From: Spirochaetia bacterium
Lineage (GTDB): Bacteria; Spirochaetota; Spirochaetia; UBA9216
Direction of reading: 5' to 3'
NCBI GenBank assembly: GCA_963677925.2
Contig: CAXXYH010000004.1
Location: 1,536,001 to 1,600,000 of the forward strand
Length of the DNA: 64,000 nucleotides
Both the position numbers and the translations under genes were made by a program. The notes beneath the pieces are model-generated. The model did not search any database and had not been told where the DNA came from. It saw nothing but the letters and a program-made list of their open reading frames with translations. Each line of letters starts with the position of its first letter. Positions within the stretch are counted from its first letter, which is position 1. Of this stretch, positions 19,444 to 28,361 are shown piece after piece.

Positions 19444-20984
19444 CTTTCTACCTCCTGAAGCCTGAATTTCAAATCACTTATATTGTTTTCAATCTTCTCA
19501 ATATTCGGTCTGAATAGAAAAAATACTCCTCCTATAAGACTGCCTGCTCCTCCGCTTATGAGGCTTATATCCCTGGTCATTCTTAAGCCCGGATCTATAA
19601 GCTCGATTGAGCTGTTGATGCTGTAGTTGAGCGCAGTCAATGTATCAGGATCGGTTTCTGAAGCATACTGCTCTGTAAGGGTTTCAATCTTGTTTATGTT
19701 ATACTGAATCAGGCCTTCTGCAGTTCCTCCGGTAAGCAGAAATGCTCCTCCGATTGAACTGAATACAGTTCCCCAGATATTCAATGTCTTTCTGGTTTTT
19801 ACAGCTTTTTCTAACTTCAATTCCATGGCAATAATCGCCTGCCTTAGTTCCCATGATTCGTTATGGACAAACTCCGGCTGAAGTTCAATGCTCTCATTCT
19901 GCTTTAAGCTAAGCGAACCAGAAACTGTTTCAAAATCTGGGTGTGTTATCTCGTAACTCCATGAGCCCGCAGGAATTGTATTTCTCTGGTTTGCAGAAAG
20001 AATCGGCAGGCTTTCAGGACCTTCGAGTGTAATTTCAGTATTCTCGGGTCCTGCTACTGCAAGCGTCCCTGCCTTAAGCAGCTGGGCATTTATCCTGGTT
20101 GTCTTACCAGTTTCTATGTCAGCTTCGGTATCAAGGTACCAGCCGCCGCCTTCAATATGAATTGAACGCTTTCCGATAAGGACATTCCGGTTAAGTCCTG
20201 TTTTTCCGGCCCGGTCGTCAACAGTAATTTCAATGTCCTTTGCGCTGGATGGAAGCACTACAAGAAAGAGGTTTCCTGTCAAAGTTGAACGATCGGCAAT
20301 AACTTCCTTAATCTCTTTTGAAGAGATGCTTATCTCAGATTTGTATTCATAATCACCGGCTTTTGCTTCAATAAGGTGAACGCCGAAACTGATTTCTTCG
20401 ACAAGTACCGGGGTCTCTCCATATGATTTTCCGTCGATGAATACCTCAAGGGTCATATCTCCGGGGGCTGTAACATAGAGACCTCCGTTTTCGGCTATTC
20501 CTTCTCCGCCGGTATATTTAAGACCAGCAAGGGCAAAGGTTGCGGTGAACACATCATCCTGCAGGCTTTCAAGGCCGGATATATTGGCAACTTCGGCACT
20601 GAGGGTCATTCCGGTACTCACGTTGACAAGTCTTAGTGCAAGCACAAAGCTGTCTTCTAACCGGGAAAGTTCGCCGACAACTATCTTGTCAGCAGCAAGG
20701 AGTTCTCCTATTTCGATGGCGCATGACTCGTCGGTACAGCCTGAAAGACTGAAGGCCTGGGCGGCAAGTATTTCCTCAACATCGGTATAGGACAGTACGG
20801 CATATCTGCCGGTTTTGATAAGTGCTGTTTCGACCATGTTCCTGCATGTATCAGCCAGAGTTTCTGCGGTGTCTTTGGCTGAAATACTGGGAACAGCAAG
20901 CAGCGGCAAATCTTCAGAAAATATTGGGCTGGAAATAGATGCAAGAAGAAGAACAGCTGCAAGCAGTAAACACATTCTTCTCAT
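19440..20984 (-). CDS. Secreted CsgG/TolB_N-like + PEGA-domain protein with C-terminal membrane segments
   Basis: Signal peptide; GCTDESCAIEIGELLAADKIVVG; VFIDGKSYGETP...GVHLIE (PEGA); start moved to the ATG after GGAG. Confidence 0.75.
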   Translation of the reverse strand: MRRMCLLLAAVLLLASISSPIFSEDLPLLAVPSISAKDTAETLADTCRNMVETALIKTGRYAVLSYTDVEEILAAQAFSLSGCTDESCAIEIGELLAADKIVVGELSRLEDSFVLALRLVNVSTGMTLSAEVANISGLESLQDDVFTATFALAGLKYTGGEGIAENGGLYVTAPGDMTLEVFIDGKSYGETPVLVEEISFGVHLIEAKAGDYEYKSEISISSKEIKEVIADRSTLTGNLFLVVLPSSAKDIEITVDDRAGKTGLNRNVLIGKRSIHIEGGGWYLDTEADIETGKTTRINAQLLKAGTLAVAGPENTEITLEGPESLPILSANQRNTIPAGSWSYEITHPDFETVSGSLSLKQNESIELQPEFVHNESWELRQAIIAMELKLEKAVKTRKTLNIWGTVFSSIGGAFLLTGGTAEGLIQYNINKIETLTEQYASETDPDTLTALNYSINSSIELIDPGLRMTRDISLISGGAGSLIGGVFFLFRPNIEKIENNISDLKFRLQEVER

Positions 20985-21093
20985 ATTTTTCTCCAGAAAC
21001 TTTGATAATTTCATATGGATAATAACATTAAAAGGATGTAAAAATCAATTAAAGGGAAGGTGTAGTCAGTTTTTTAACGTAAACCAAACCGCT

Positions 21094-22026
21094 TCAGATA
21101 AGAAAAAATACTCCGCTTAATATCAGTATAAGCGCACCTGCGGATGTAAGTAATAAATGGGCCAGCTCCTGGTTAAAGCCTGAGTTTTCTTTTCCTATAG
21201 CCGATACCCGGTTCCGCAGAATTACTGCGGCAGGAGGGATGATTGCGAGCAGGGCGCCCATTCCGGCCGACATCGCCGCGGCAGATAATACTCCCAGTAC
21301 CGGGACTCCGAAGCCGAATGAAAAGATCATTATTGCGGCAGCACCGGGGCAGGGGACGAGTCCTGAGATGATTATCAGGAATATGATGTTCCGGTTATCA
21401 GTGTCGGCTTCATTACGTTTTCTGAAATATTCAGCCAGGGCTGTTACTATCAGAAAAATCCCGAGTGCCAGGATGAGTCCATAACTCGCCTTTTCTATCA
21501 GCGGGGCTATGTCATTGAATCGTCTGGATAGAGCCTTTGCCGTGATTAGATAGAGGCCGCCGATAATTACAATAGCAGAGAAGGCGTGCAGGACAGCGGT
21601 CAGAAATCCTGCCGCCATTCCTTTTTTCCATTTTGACGGGGAGCTTAGAAAATACGAAAAGAGTACAACCTTGCGGTGACCGGGCCCGAGAGCGTGCAGG
21701 AAGCCGTAGGCAAAGGATAACAGGAGAATCAGCCAGAGGCCTGATTCGTTCTTGCCTGATTTATAGTCAGCAATAAATCCGGAGATAGATGCCTGCAATT
21801 TTTTCTGGGCTGTTTTTATTTTCTGCATCAGCTCTGTATTCTGCAGTGTGAATCCAGGTGCTTTTATCTGTCCGGTTTCAGTTGGTGAATTATTTGCAGC
21901 TGCGGGTGCTGTCTGTCCGTTTTCTGAAGTGGAGGACAGGAAGGGGTTCTGCTGTGCTGTTACGGAAAAAACAGCGCAGAAGCTTAGCACTATGATGCAT
22001 ATGAATATTGCTGATTTTTTAGGCAT
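21094..22026 (-). CDS. NicO/RcnA-family nickel/cobalt transporter
   Basis: YGFLHALGPGHRK, LHAFSAI, GLVPCPGA. Confidence 0.85.
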   Translation of the reverse strand: MPKKSAIFICIIVLSFCAVFSVTAQQNPFLSSTSENGQTAPAAANNSPTETGQIKAPGFTLQNTELMQKIKTAQKKLQASISGFIADYKSGKNESGLWLILLLSFAYGFLHALGPGHRKVVLFSYFLSSPSKWKKGMAAGFLTAVLHAFSAIVIIGGLYLITAKALSRRFNDIAPLIEKASYGLILALGIFLIVTALAEYFRKRNEADTDNRNIIFLIIISGLVPCPGAAAIMIFSFGFGVPVLGVLSAAAMSAGMGALLAIIPPAAVILRNRVSAIGKENSGFNQELAHLLLTSAGALILILSGVFFLI

Positions 22027-22031
22027 TATAA

Positions 22032-22676
22032 TTATCTGCCGGCGTTTTCAAGAATCAGTTCGGTTGGAAAGGTCTGGCCGGTATAAACTGCCCCTTCTCT
22101 TGAAACCAGCTGAGTTGAATTATCATAAAAGATCGGAGCATCCTTATTTTCCGAAAGTTCCCATGAAACCGCAGTGCTATTGTCGGAATCCATTTCGATA
22201 GGGTCTTCTTCCATATAAGCGATATCACAGAAAAAACTCTCATCATAAACCGCGACACGAATCATACCGTCATCCCTGAGCTTAACCGGTTCGGGACTGT
22301 TTACCGGAAGGAAAAATTCATATCCGAGCCGGTTCTCAGTCATGAATGCTGAGAAGTCGGTGAAGGTCTCAGCAGGAGATATTTTACCGTCTATATTGAA
22401 GAAGGTGAAATAGTTGTAATTTACCAGGTTGATGAATGAAGTGTCCCTGATGATAACGATATCCTCGTCATTCAGCTCTTCCTTCCATCCTATCCCGTTA
22501 TCCATCAGTACATTTCCGGTAAAAACCATATCAAAAACCCAGTGAATATAAACGCCTTCAAAACAGCCGTCTCTTATAACCGGTTTAAGTTTCATATCTA
22601 TAAACATATGAGGATGTGCAAAAACCGCTGCGGGTATGAGTACTATGAAAAATAAAGTTATAATTGCCTTCTTCAC
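22032..22676 (-). CDS. DUF1007-family exported protein (usual NicO partner)
   Basis: Signal peptide then AHPHMFID, WVFD, VYDESFFCD. Confidence 0.8.
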   Translation of the reverse strand: MKKAIITLFFIVLIPAAVFAHPHMFIDMKLKPVIRDGCFEGVYIHWVFDMVFTGNVLMDNGIGWKEELNDEDIVIIRDTSFINLVNYNYFTFFNIDGKISPAETFTDFSAFMTENRLGYEFFLPVNSPEPVKLRDDGMIRVAVYDESFFCDIAYMEEDPIEMDSDNSTAVSWELSENKDAPIFYDNSTQLVSREGAVYTGQTFPTELILENAGR

Positions 22677-22711
22677 ATTAAAATAATATCAGTATTGTCC
22701 TGCAGGGTCTA

Positions 22712-25141
22712 TCAGCGATTTTTAAGAAACGCTTTTATGAGCCTGAAAAGTCCCCTGAAAAACCTTCCGTTTCCCATTTCAACCAGGGCATCCACCATTG
22801 CAAGATTCAGAATATCCCCGCCCAGGAAAGCAAGTCCGCGCAGCGGCATTTCCTTAATCATGGCGTCATACATTCCGGCGGAATTCTCATCGATTTCATC
22901 AACAGATCCGCTCATCTTATTTACAGCTATCATGAAGAGCTTTCCAGCGAGGGTCCTGGTGAAATCAGTTAGGGTAGTATTTCTGTTTATTTGAAGCGGC
23001 AGAATATTTTCGGGAAGAGGTCTACAGTATCGTTTTTCAAAATCAGAAGTGCTGATACTGTGAACCGCTTCAGGTCTGTTTTTTAAACGGCTGTAAATGT
23101 CAGGTTCTGCCGTTGGGGATTCCTGCTCCTCGCCGCCTATTTCAATCCGGGTCTTCAGTCGGATATCCTCCGAAGACGCTCCGATATGGATTTCATAGGT
23201 ACCGGCAACTGTGAGCCAGCGGCCTTTCTCTGCTGAATAGTATGCAAAGCTCCGATCATCAAGGTTCATTACAAGTTCAGCCTCTTCGCCTGGAGCCAAA
23301 CCGGCTTTCTCAAATCCTTTAAGTTCAATTTCCGGTCGGTCTGCAAAAGACTCAGGCGGTTTGATATACAGCTGAACTGTTTCCCTGCCATAAAATGTAC
23401 CTGTATTTTTAATCCTGACTTTTACCTGATATTCATGCCCTGCTGTGTCTACTGCGGTAACCGACAGTTTTTCATAGCTGAAATCGGTATAAGAAAGCCC
23501 GTGTCCGAATGGATAAAGCGGAATGACTCCTGCGGTCGTATAATAACGGTAGCCGACATAAATCGATTCCCTGTACTCAACCTGACGAGGTCCTCCGGGG
23601 AAATATTCATAACATGGACTGTCCGAAAGTTTTACAGGGAAGGTCTCTGCAAGCTTGCCGGAAGGATTAACTTTGCCCGTCAGTATATTCACAAGTGCCT
23701 CGGCTCCGGCCTGACCTGCCAGGTAGCATTCAACAACCGCCTGCACATCACCGTTCCAGGGCATTTCAACCGGCCCGCCGTTGCTGAGGCATACAATTAC
23801 CGGCTTTCCGGTTTTTACCAGTTCGGAAATCAGTCTGTTGTGACTTTCCGGCAGGTTTAAATGACTGCGGTCGAATCCTTCCGATTCAAATTCATCCGGA
23901 AGTCCTGCTGTTACTATTATCTTATCTGCATCACCTGCCTTGATGACAGCTTCACTTATCAGCTTATCATCAACGTTCGGGCTGTTGCCGCTGTATCCTT
24001 CCGAGAAAACAGCCTCGGGGTAGGATTTCCTGATTTCTTCCATAAAAAGCGTTAATTTTGAAGGATTTATTCTTGAACTCCCGGCTCCCTGATATCTCGG
24101 CTTCCGGGCAAAAGCTCCGCATACAAGTATCTTGTCATCGGGAGAGAGGGGGAGGACTGAACCTGTATTCTTCAAAAGGATGATGCATTCTGCTGCTGCC
24201 TCTGCTGCAATTTTATGATTGATCTCAAGGATATCTGTTTTTACTGTGAAGCTTTTTTTCTGTTCATCAGAACGGAATATAAGCTCAAGGACTCTCTCTA
24301 CCGCCTGGTCCAGCAGTTCTTCCTTTAACCGGCCTTCATTCACCGCCCGTACTATCTCATTTGTATTCTCATCCCCCGACCAGGGCATCTCAATATCCTG
24401 GCCTGCTTCCAGGCCTTTTACCCTGTCGTTGCAGGCTCCCCAGTCTGTTACCAGGCCGCCTTTAAAGCCCCAGTCTTCACGCAGGAGCTCAGTGAGCAGA
24501 TGATGGTTTTCACTGGCAAAGTCTCCGTTAAGGCTGTTGTATGCGCACATCACAGTCCATGGCTCAGCCTGCTTGACTGCTCTTTCAAAACCGGAAAGAT
24601 ATATTTCGTGCAGTGCCCTCTCGTCAACCAGAGCATCAATAGTCATTCGGAGATATTCCTGATTATTTGCAGCATAGTGCTTCAAGGATGTACCGATTCC
24701 CTTTTCCTGAGTTCCAATGATCTGTGATGCAGCGAGTTCTCCGCTTAGAAAGGGATCTTCGGAGTAGTACTCGAAGTTTCTGCCGCAGAGAGGACTTCGC
24801 TTTATATTGGCACCGGGGCCGAGAATTACCGAAACATCTGAAGCAATACATTCTTCAGCAATAGCAGAGCCGACCAGATACAGGAGTTGACGATTCCAGC
24901 TTGAAGCAAGAGCCGCAGCAGTAGGAAAACATGTTGCCGGATCGCTTTTTGCCAGTGCCGCTCCGCCACCGGTTTCATTCTGTCTGCGTAATCCGTGCGG
25001 GCCGTCGCAGATCTGGATTTCCGGAATACCGGCGTGTTCTATACCCCGCAGGTGCCATGAGCCTGAACCGGAACAAAGCAGAGCTTTCTCTTCAAGTGTC
25101 AGTCTTGCAAGAGTTTCTTCTATTTTATTAATTGTTTTCAT
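22712..25141 (-). CDS. Glycoside hydrolase family 3 beta-glucosidase with FnIII-like domain
   Basis: DGPHGLR, GRNFEYYSEDP, KHYAANNQE, VTDWG nucleophile, ESEGFDR, YPFGHGLSYT. Confidence 0.95.
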   Translation of the reverse strand: MKTINKIEETLARLTLEEKALLCSGSGSWHLRGIEHAGIPEIQICDGPHGLRRQNETGGGAALAKSDPATCFPTAAALASSWNRQLLYLVGSAIAEECIASDVSVILGPGANIKRSPLCGRNFEYYSEDPFLSGELAASQIIGTQEKGIGTSLKHYAANNQEYLRMTIDALVDERALHEIYLSGFERAVKQAEPWTVMCAYNSLNGDFASENHHLLTELLREDWGFKGGLVTDWGACNDRVKGLEAGQDIEMPWSGDENTNEIVRAVNEGRLKEELLDQAVERVLELIFRSDEQKKSFTVKTDILEINHKIAAEAAAECIILLKNTGSVLPLSPDDKILVCGAFARKPRYQGAGSSRINPSKLTLFMEEIRKSYPEAVFSEGYSGNSPNVDDKLISEAVIKAGDADKIIVTAGLPDEFESEGFDRSHLNLPESHNRLISELVKTGKPVIVCLSNGGPVEMPWNGDVQAVVECYLAGQAGAEALVNILTGKVNPSGKLAETFPVKLSDSPCYEYFPGGPRQVEYRESIYVGYRYYTTAGVIPLYPFGHGLSYTDFSYEKLSVTAVDTAGHEYQVKVRIKNTGTFYGRETVQLYIKPPESFADRPEIELKGFEKAGLAPGEEAELVMNLDDRSFAYYSAEKGRWLTVAGTYEIHIGASSEDIRLKTRIEIGGEEQESPTAEPDIYSRLKNRPEAVHSISTSDFEKRYCRPLPENILPLQINRNTTLTDFTRTLAGKLFMIAVNKMSGSVDEIDENSAGMYDAMIKEMPLRGLAFLGGDILNLAMVDALVEMGNGRFFRGLFRLIKAFLKNR

Positions 25142-25150
25142 CGGTAATAA

Positions 25151-25181
25151 ATCTCCGGTATGATCATAGCATACCGGAGAT
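25151..25181 (-). terminator. Stem-loop between lon and GH3 gene, containing the GH3 Shine-Dalgarno
   Basis: Perfect 12-bp stem ATCTCCGGTATG/CATACCGGAGAT with 7-nt loop. Confidence 0.65.
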
Positions 25182-25187
25182 GATAAG

Positions 25188-27566
25188 TTAATTGGAAAAA
25201 TTTACGTTTTTTGTACTATCACTGTGCATATAGAGAATTTCGGGTCCGGGAAGTTCAATATCAAGTGCTTCCTTTATAAGCTCCTCAATGGTCTCTATAA
25301 AAACAAACTCAAGGCTCTCGCGGACATCGCAAGGTATATCCTTCAGATCCTGTCTGTTTTCGGCAGACATTATGATCTTCTTTATTCCAGCCCTGTGAGC
25401 CGCAAGGACTTTTTCTTTTATTCCGCCAACAGGCAGAACAGAACCGCGAAGGGTTATCTCTCCGGTCATCGCTGTTTCAGGATCCACAGTTTTTCCTGTA
25501 AGAAGCGAAGCCAGCGATGTGAATAGAGTTATACCTGCCGACGGACCATCCTTCGGAGTGCTTCCTGAAGGCACATGAATATGCAGATCATTCTCATTGA
25601 ATTTAAAATGATGAATCTGGTTCGCCATCCGTGAACGGATCAGACTGACTGAAATTCTTGCAGATTCCTTCATAACATCACCAAGCTGTCCGGTCAGTAT
25701 CAGTTCACCGTTTCCGGGCATGAAGGTGCTCTCAATAAAGAGAATATCTCCGCCCACAGGAGTCCAGGCCAGACCGGTAACAATGCCCGGAGTAATATGC
25801 TTAAGGGCATCTTCCAGTCTTACGGTCTTGTGTCCCAGAATCTCTTCAAGATCCTCAGCCTTGACTGAAATTTTTGTTTCAGGACCATCTGCTGCTATTT
25901 TTTCAGTGGCCTTTCTTGCCACCGCTGCAAGCTGTTTTTTAAGTCCCCGTACTCCGGCTTCCCTGGTGTAATCTGAAATTACTGCATTTACTGCAGATTC
26001 TTCAAACTGAAGCTGCTCTGCGGTTATTCCGTGTTCTTCAAGAACTTCAGGTATTAAATGATCAACCGCGATATGATATTTCTCAAGATTTGTATAGCTT
26101 GAGATTGATATAACTTCCATCCTGTCCAGAAGCGGTCCAGGAATGGAGCTTACCGTATTGGCCGTTGCAATAAAGAAAACGTCCGAAAGGTCGTAGGGCA
26201 GATCGAGGTAATGATCTGTAAAGCTGTTATTCTGCTCCGGATCAAGAACCTCAAGCAGTGCGCTTGCAGGATCGCCGTTGTATGCTGCCATCAGTTTATC
26301 TATCTCATCAAGCACAAATACAGGGTCTTTCTCTCCAGCCTTCTTCATTCCGCTTATAACCCTTCCCGGCAGAGCCCCGATATAGGTTCGTCTGTGCCCT
26401 CTAATTTCAGCCTCATCTTTTACACCGCCAAGGCTTATCCGTACATACTTTCTTCCGAGGGCTTCAGCTATGCTTTTTCCCAGACTGGTTTTTCCGGTTC
26501 CCGGAGGACCTTCAAGCAGAAGGATTGTTCCTCGTTTTTTATCGGTAAGTTTTAGAACGGCAAGATGCTGGATTATTCTTTCCTTCACCTTATCAAGGCC
26601 GTAATGCTGTTCATCCAGGATCTTTCTGGCCTTTTCAAGATCAATTGCCTTTTCAGGACCCTTGAACCAGGGGAGGGCTAAAATAAGATCCAGATATGTC
26701 CTGATCATTCCCTCCTCATGGCCGTTCGGACCCTGTGCTTCCAGTTTGTCAACTTCCTCAAGTGCGGAAGCGCGGATATCCTCGGGAAGTTCCGCCTCAT
26801 TTATCATCTGACGGTAGTCTTTCTTTTTCTTTGACGGACTGTCTTCGTTGAGTTCCTTCTGTATCTCTTTCAGCTGTTCCCTCAGCATGGCCTTTCTGTA
26901 CTGGTTGTTTGTGTTCTCATTGAATTTCTGGGCCATCTCGATCTGCAGTTTCACAGATTCCTTCTGTTTCAGCAGATCATCAATGAACTTGATACCGCGT
27001 TTATGCAGTGAGCGTTCTTCAAGAAGTTCCTGCTTTTCAGCAATTGTCATACTCAGATACTGCACCGAAAAACCGATCATTTTTGTAACGGTATCAATGC
27101 GGTCAAGAATTTTCAGCATCGAAACGGAACCACGGAAGTTTTCAGCAATCTCATGAGCAAGTTTCTTCATATAGTCGAGCATTTCGATCTGCTCAACTTC
27201 TGAAAGATCGGGAGTGTCGGGCTGAAGCTCATAATCGGCATAAACATCGGAATCTTCAAAGAAAAACTCCTTGATATATGCGCGCTCAATGAGATCCATT
27301 TTGAGTTTGATATGATCATCACCCTTTATTGCTGCAGTTATGTTTACAAAGACTCCAGTTCTGTGGAAGTCCTCTTCTTTTAAATTTTTGTTTTCATCAT
27401 AATCTTTAATTGTGACAGCAATAGCGTTATGCTGTCCTGAACGAGTCATCCGGTCAAATAATGCCGATGCCGTACCTGTAATAATCAGCTCAGTCTGTCC
27501 CCCATGCATCAGCACGGTGCCTTTGAGGGGAAGAACAGGTAGTCTGTTTTCGGTTAACATATTCAT
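25188..27566 (-). CDS. lon: ATP-dependent Lon protease
   Basis: LPVLPL N-domain, GPPGTGKTS, LDEIDK, PKDGPSAG, GGIKEK; start at MNML after GAGGGG. Confidence 0.97.
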   Translation of the reverse strand: MNMLTENRLPVLPLKGTVLMHGGQTELIITGTASALFDRMTRSGQHNAIAVTIKDYDENKNLKEEDFHRTGVFVNITAAIKGDDHIKLKMDLIERAYIKEFFFEDSDVYADYELQPDTPDLSEVEQIEMLDYMKKLAHEIAENFRGSVSMLKILDRIDTVTKMIGFSVQYLSMTIAEKQELLEERSLHKRGIKFIDDLLKQKESVKLQIEMAQKFNENTNNQYRKAMLREQLKEIQKELNEDSPSKKKKDYRQMINEAELPEDIRASALEEVDKLEAQGPNGHEEGMIRTYLDLILALPWFKGPEKAIDLEKARKILDEQHYGLDKVKERIIQHLAVLKLTDKKRGTILLLEGPPGTGKTSLGKSIAEALGRKYVRISLGGVKDEAEIRGHRRTYIGALPGRVISGMKKAGEKDPVFVLDEIDKLMAAYNGDPASALLEVLDPEQNNSFTDHYLDLPYDLSDVFFIATANTVSSIPGPLLDRMEVISISSYTNLEKYHIAVDHLIPEVLEEHGITAEQLQFEESAVNAVISDYTREAGVRGLKKQLAAVARKATEKIAADGPETKISVKAEDLEEILGHKTVRLEDALKHITPGIVTGLAWTPVGGDILFIESTFMPGNGELILTGQLGDVMKESARISVSLIRSRMANQIHHFKFNENDLHIHVPSGSTPKDGPSAGITLFTSLASLLTGKTVDPETAMTGEITLRGSVLPVGGIKEKVLAAHRAGIKKIIMSAENRQDLKDIPCDVRESLEFVFIETIEELIKEALDIELPGPEILYMHSDSTKNVNFSN

Positions 27567-27679
27567 TATATATTTACCCCTCTTTATAGTTAAATCTATA
27601 TTGAATTTAATTACTGAGTATTGAGGGGTCAAGGAAAAAGGATAAATATTATAAGTTTGCTAAGGAATAATTTTTAAAT

Positions 27680-27713
27680 AAAAAAGCAGAATCAGACCTT
27701 AGCCTGATTCCGC
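27680..27713 (-). terminator. slyD terminator
   Basis: GCGGAATCAGG...TCTGATTCTGC-TTTTTT on minus strand. Confidence 0.75.
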
Positions 27714-27727
27714 CTGCAGTTTTCTTC

Positions 27728-28288
27728 TCAGCCGCAACCGCCGCAGCAGCCTTCGTCATCACATCCGTCGCCGCAGTTCTCGTCACCTTCGTGACCGCAG
27801 TCACATCCGCATCCATGTTCATGGTCATGCTCATGATAAAAATGGGCCAGATCTTCCTCTGTTGTTTCGCGAACTTCCATTACACCCATTTCGAAGGTGA
27901 TATCCATTCCGGCAAAAGGATGGTTTGCATCAATTGTAACCATATCATCGTCGATAGCTTTTACAGTGACAATCATTTCTTTCTGGCCGTCACTGGCAAT
28001 AATATCTATTCCAACCTCAAGATTTTCAGGCTGATCAAATTCGGAAATCGGAACCTGGGCAATGTATTCATCGACTACTTCGCCGAAGCCGTCTTTAGCT
28101 TCCAGTTCGATTGTCACGGAATCTCCGGCTGATTTTCCTTCAAGTGCTGCTTCAACCGCCTTGGGGAACATTTCGTGACCGAAGAGTATTGTTACAGGAC
28201 CCTGTTCACTGGTTGTTTCCAGGACAGTGCCGTCTTTTGCTTTTAAAACGTAGTTTAACGTTACTGTTGTCTTTTCTGCTATGTTCAT
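27728..28288 (-). CDS. slyD: FKBP-type peptidyl-prolyl isomerase with His/Cys metal-binding tail
   Basis: DANHPFAG, VRETTEEDLAH, HEHDHEHGCGCDCGH...CCGGCG. Confidence 0.93.
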   Translation of the reverse strand: MNIAEKTTVTLNYVLKAKDGTVLETTSEQGPVTILFGHEMFPKAVEAALEGKSAGDSVTIELEAKDGFGEVVDEYIAQVPISEFDQPENLEVGIDIIASDGQKEMIVTVKAIDDDMVTIDANHPFAGMDITFEMGVMEVRETTEEDLAHFYHEHDHEHGCGCDCGHEGDENCGDGCDDEGCCGGCG

Positions 28289-28361
28289 GGTCAAAGTATA
28301 TCAGCTCATCCTTGTTGTGGATATACCGGCTTCGTCCGAATATAGCTGGTTTTCGTGCGTT

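Noticed and set aside
27567-27640. CIRCE or HAIR heat-shock operator upstream of lon
   Set aside because: Neither consensus is present; only a plausible TTGACC-17-TAAATT promoter
27728-27835. His/Cys-rich tail as a novel metallothionein or RiPP
   Set aside because: Standard SlyD C-terminal tail
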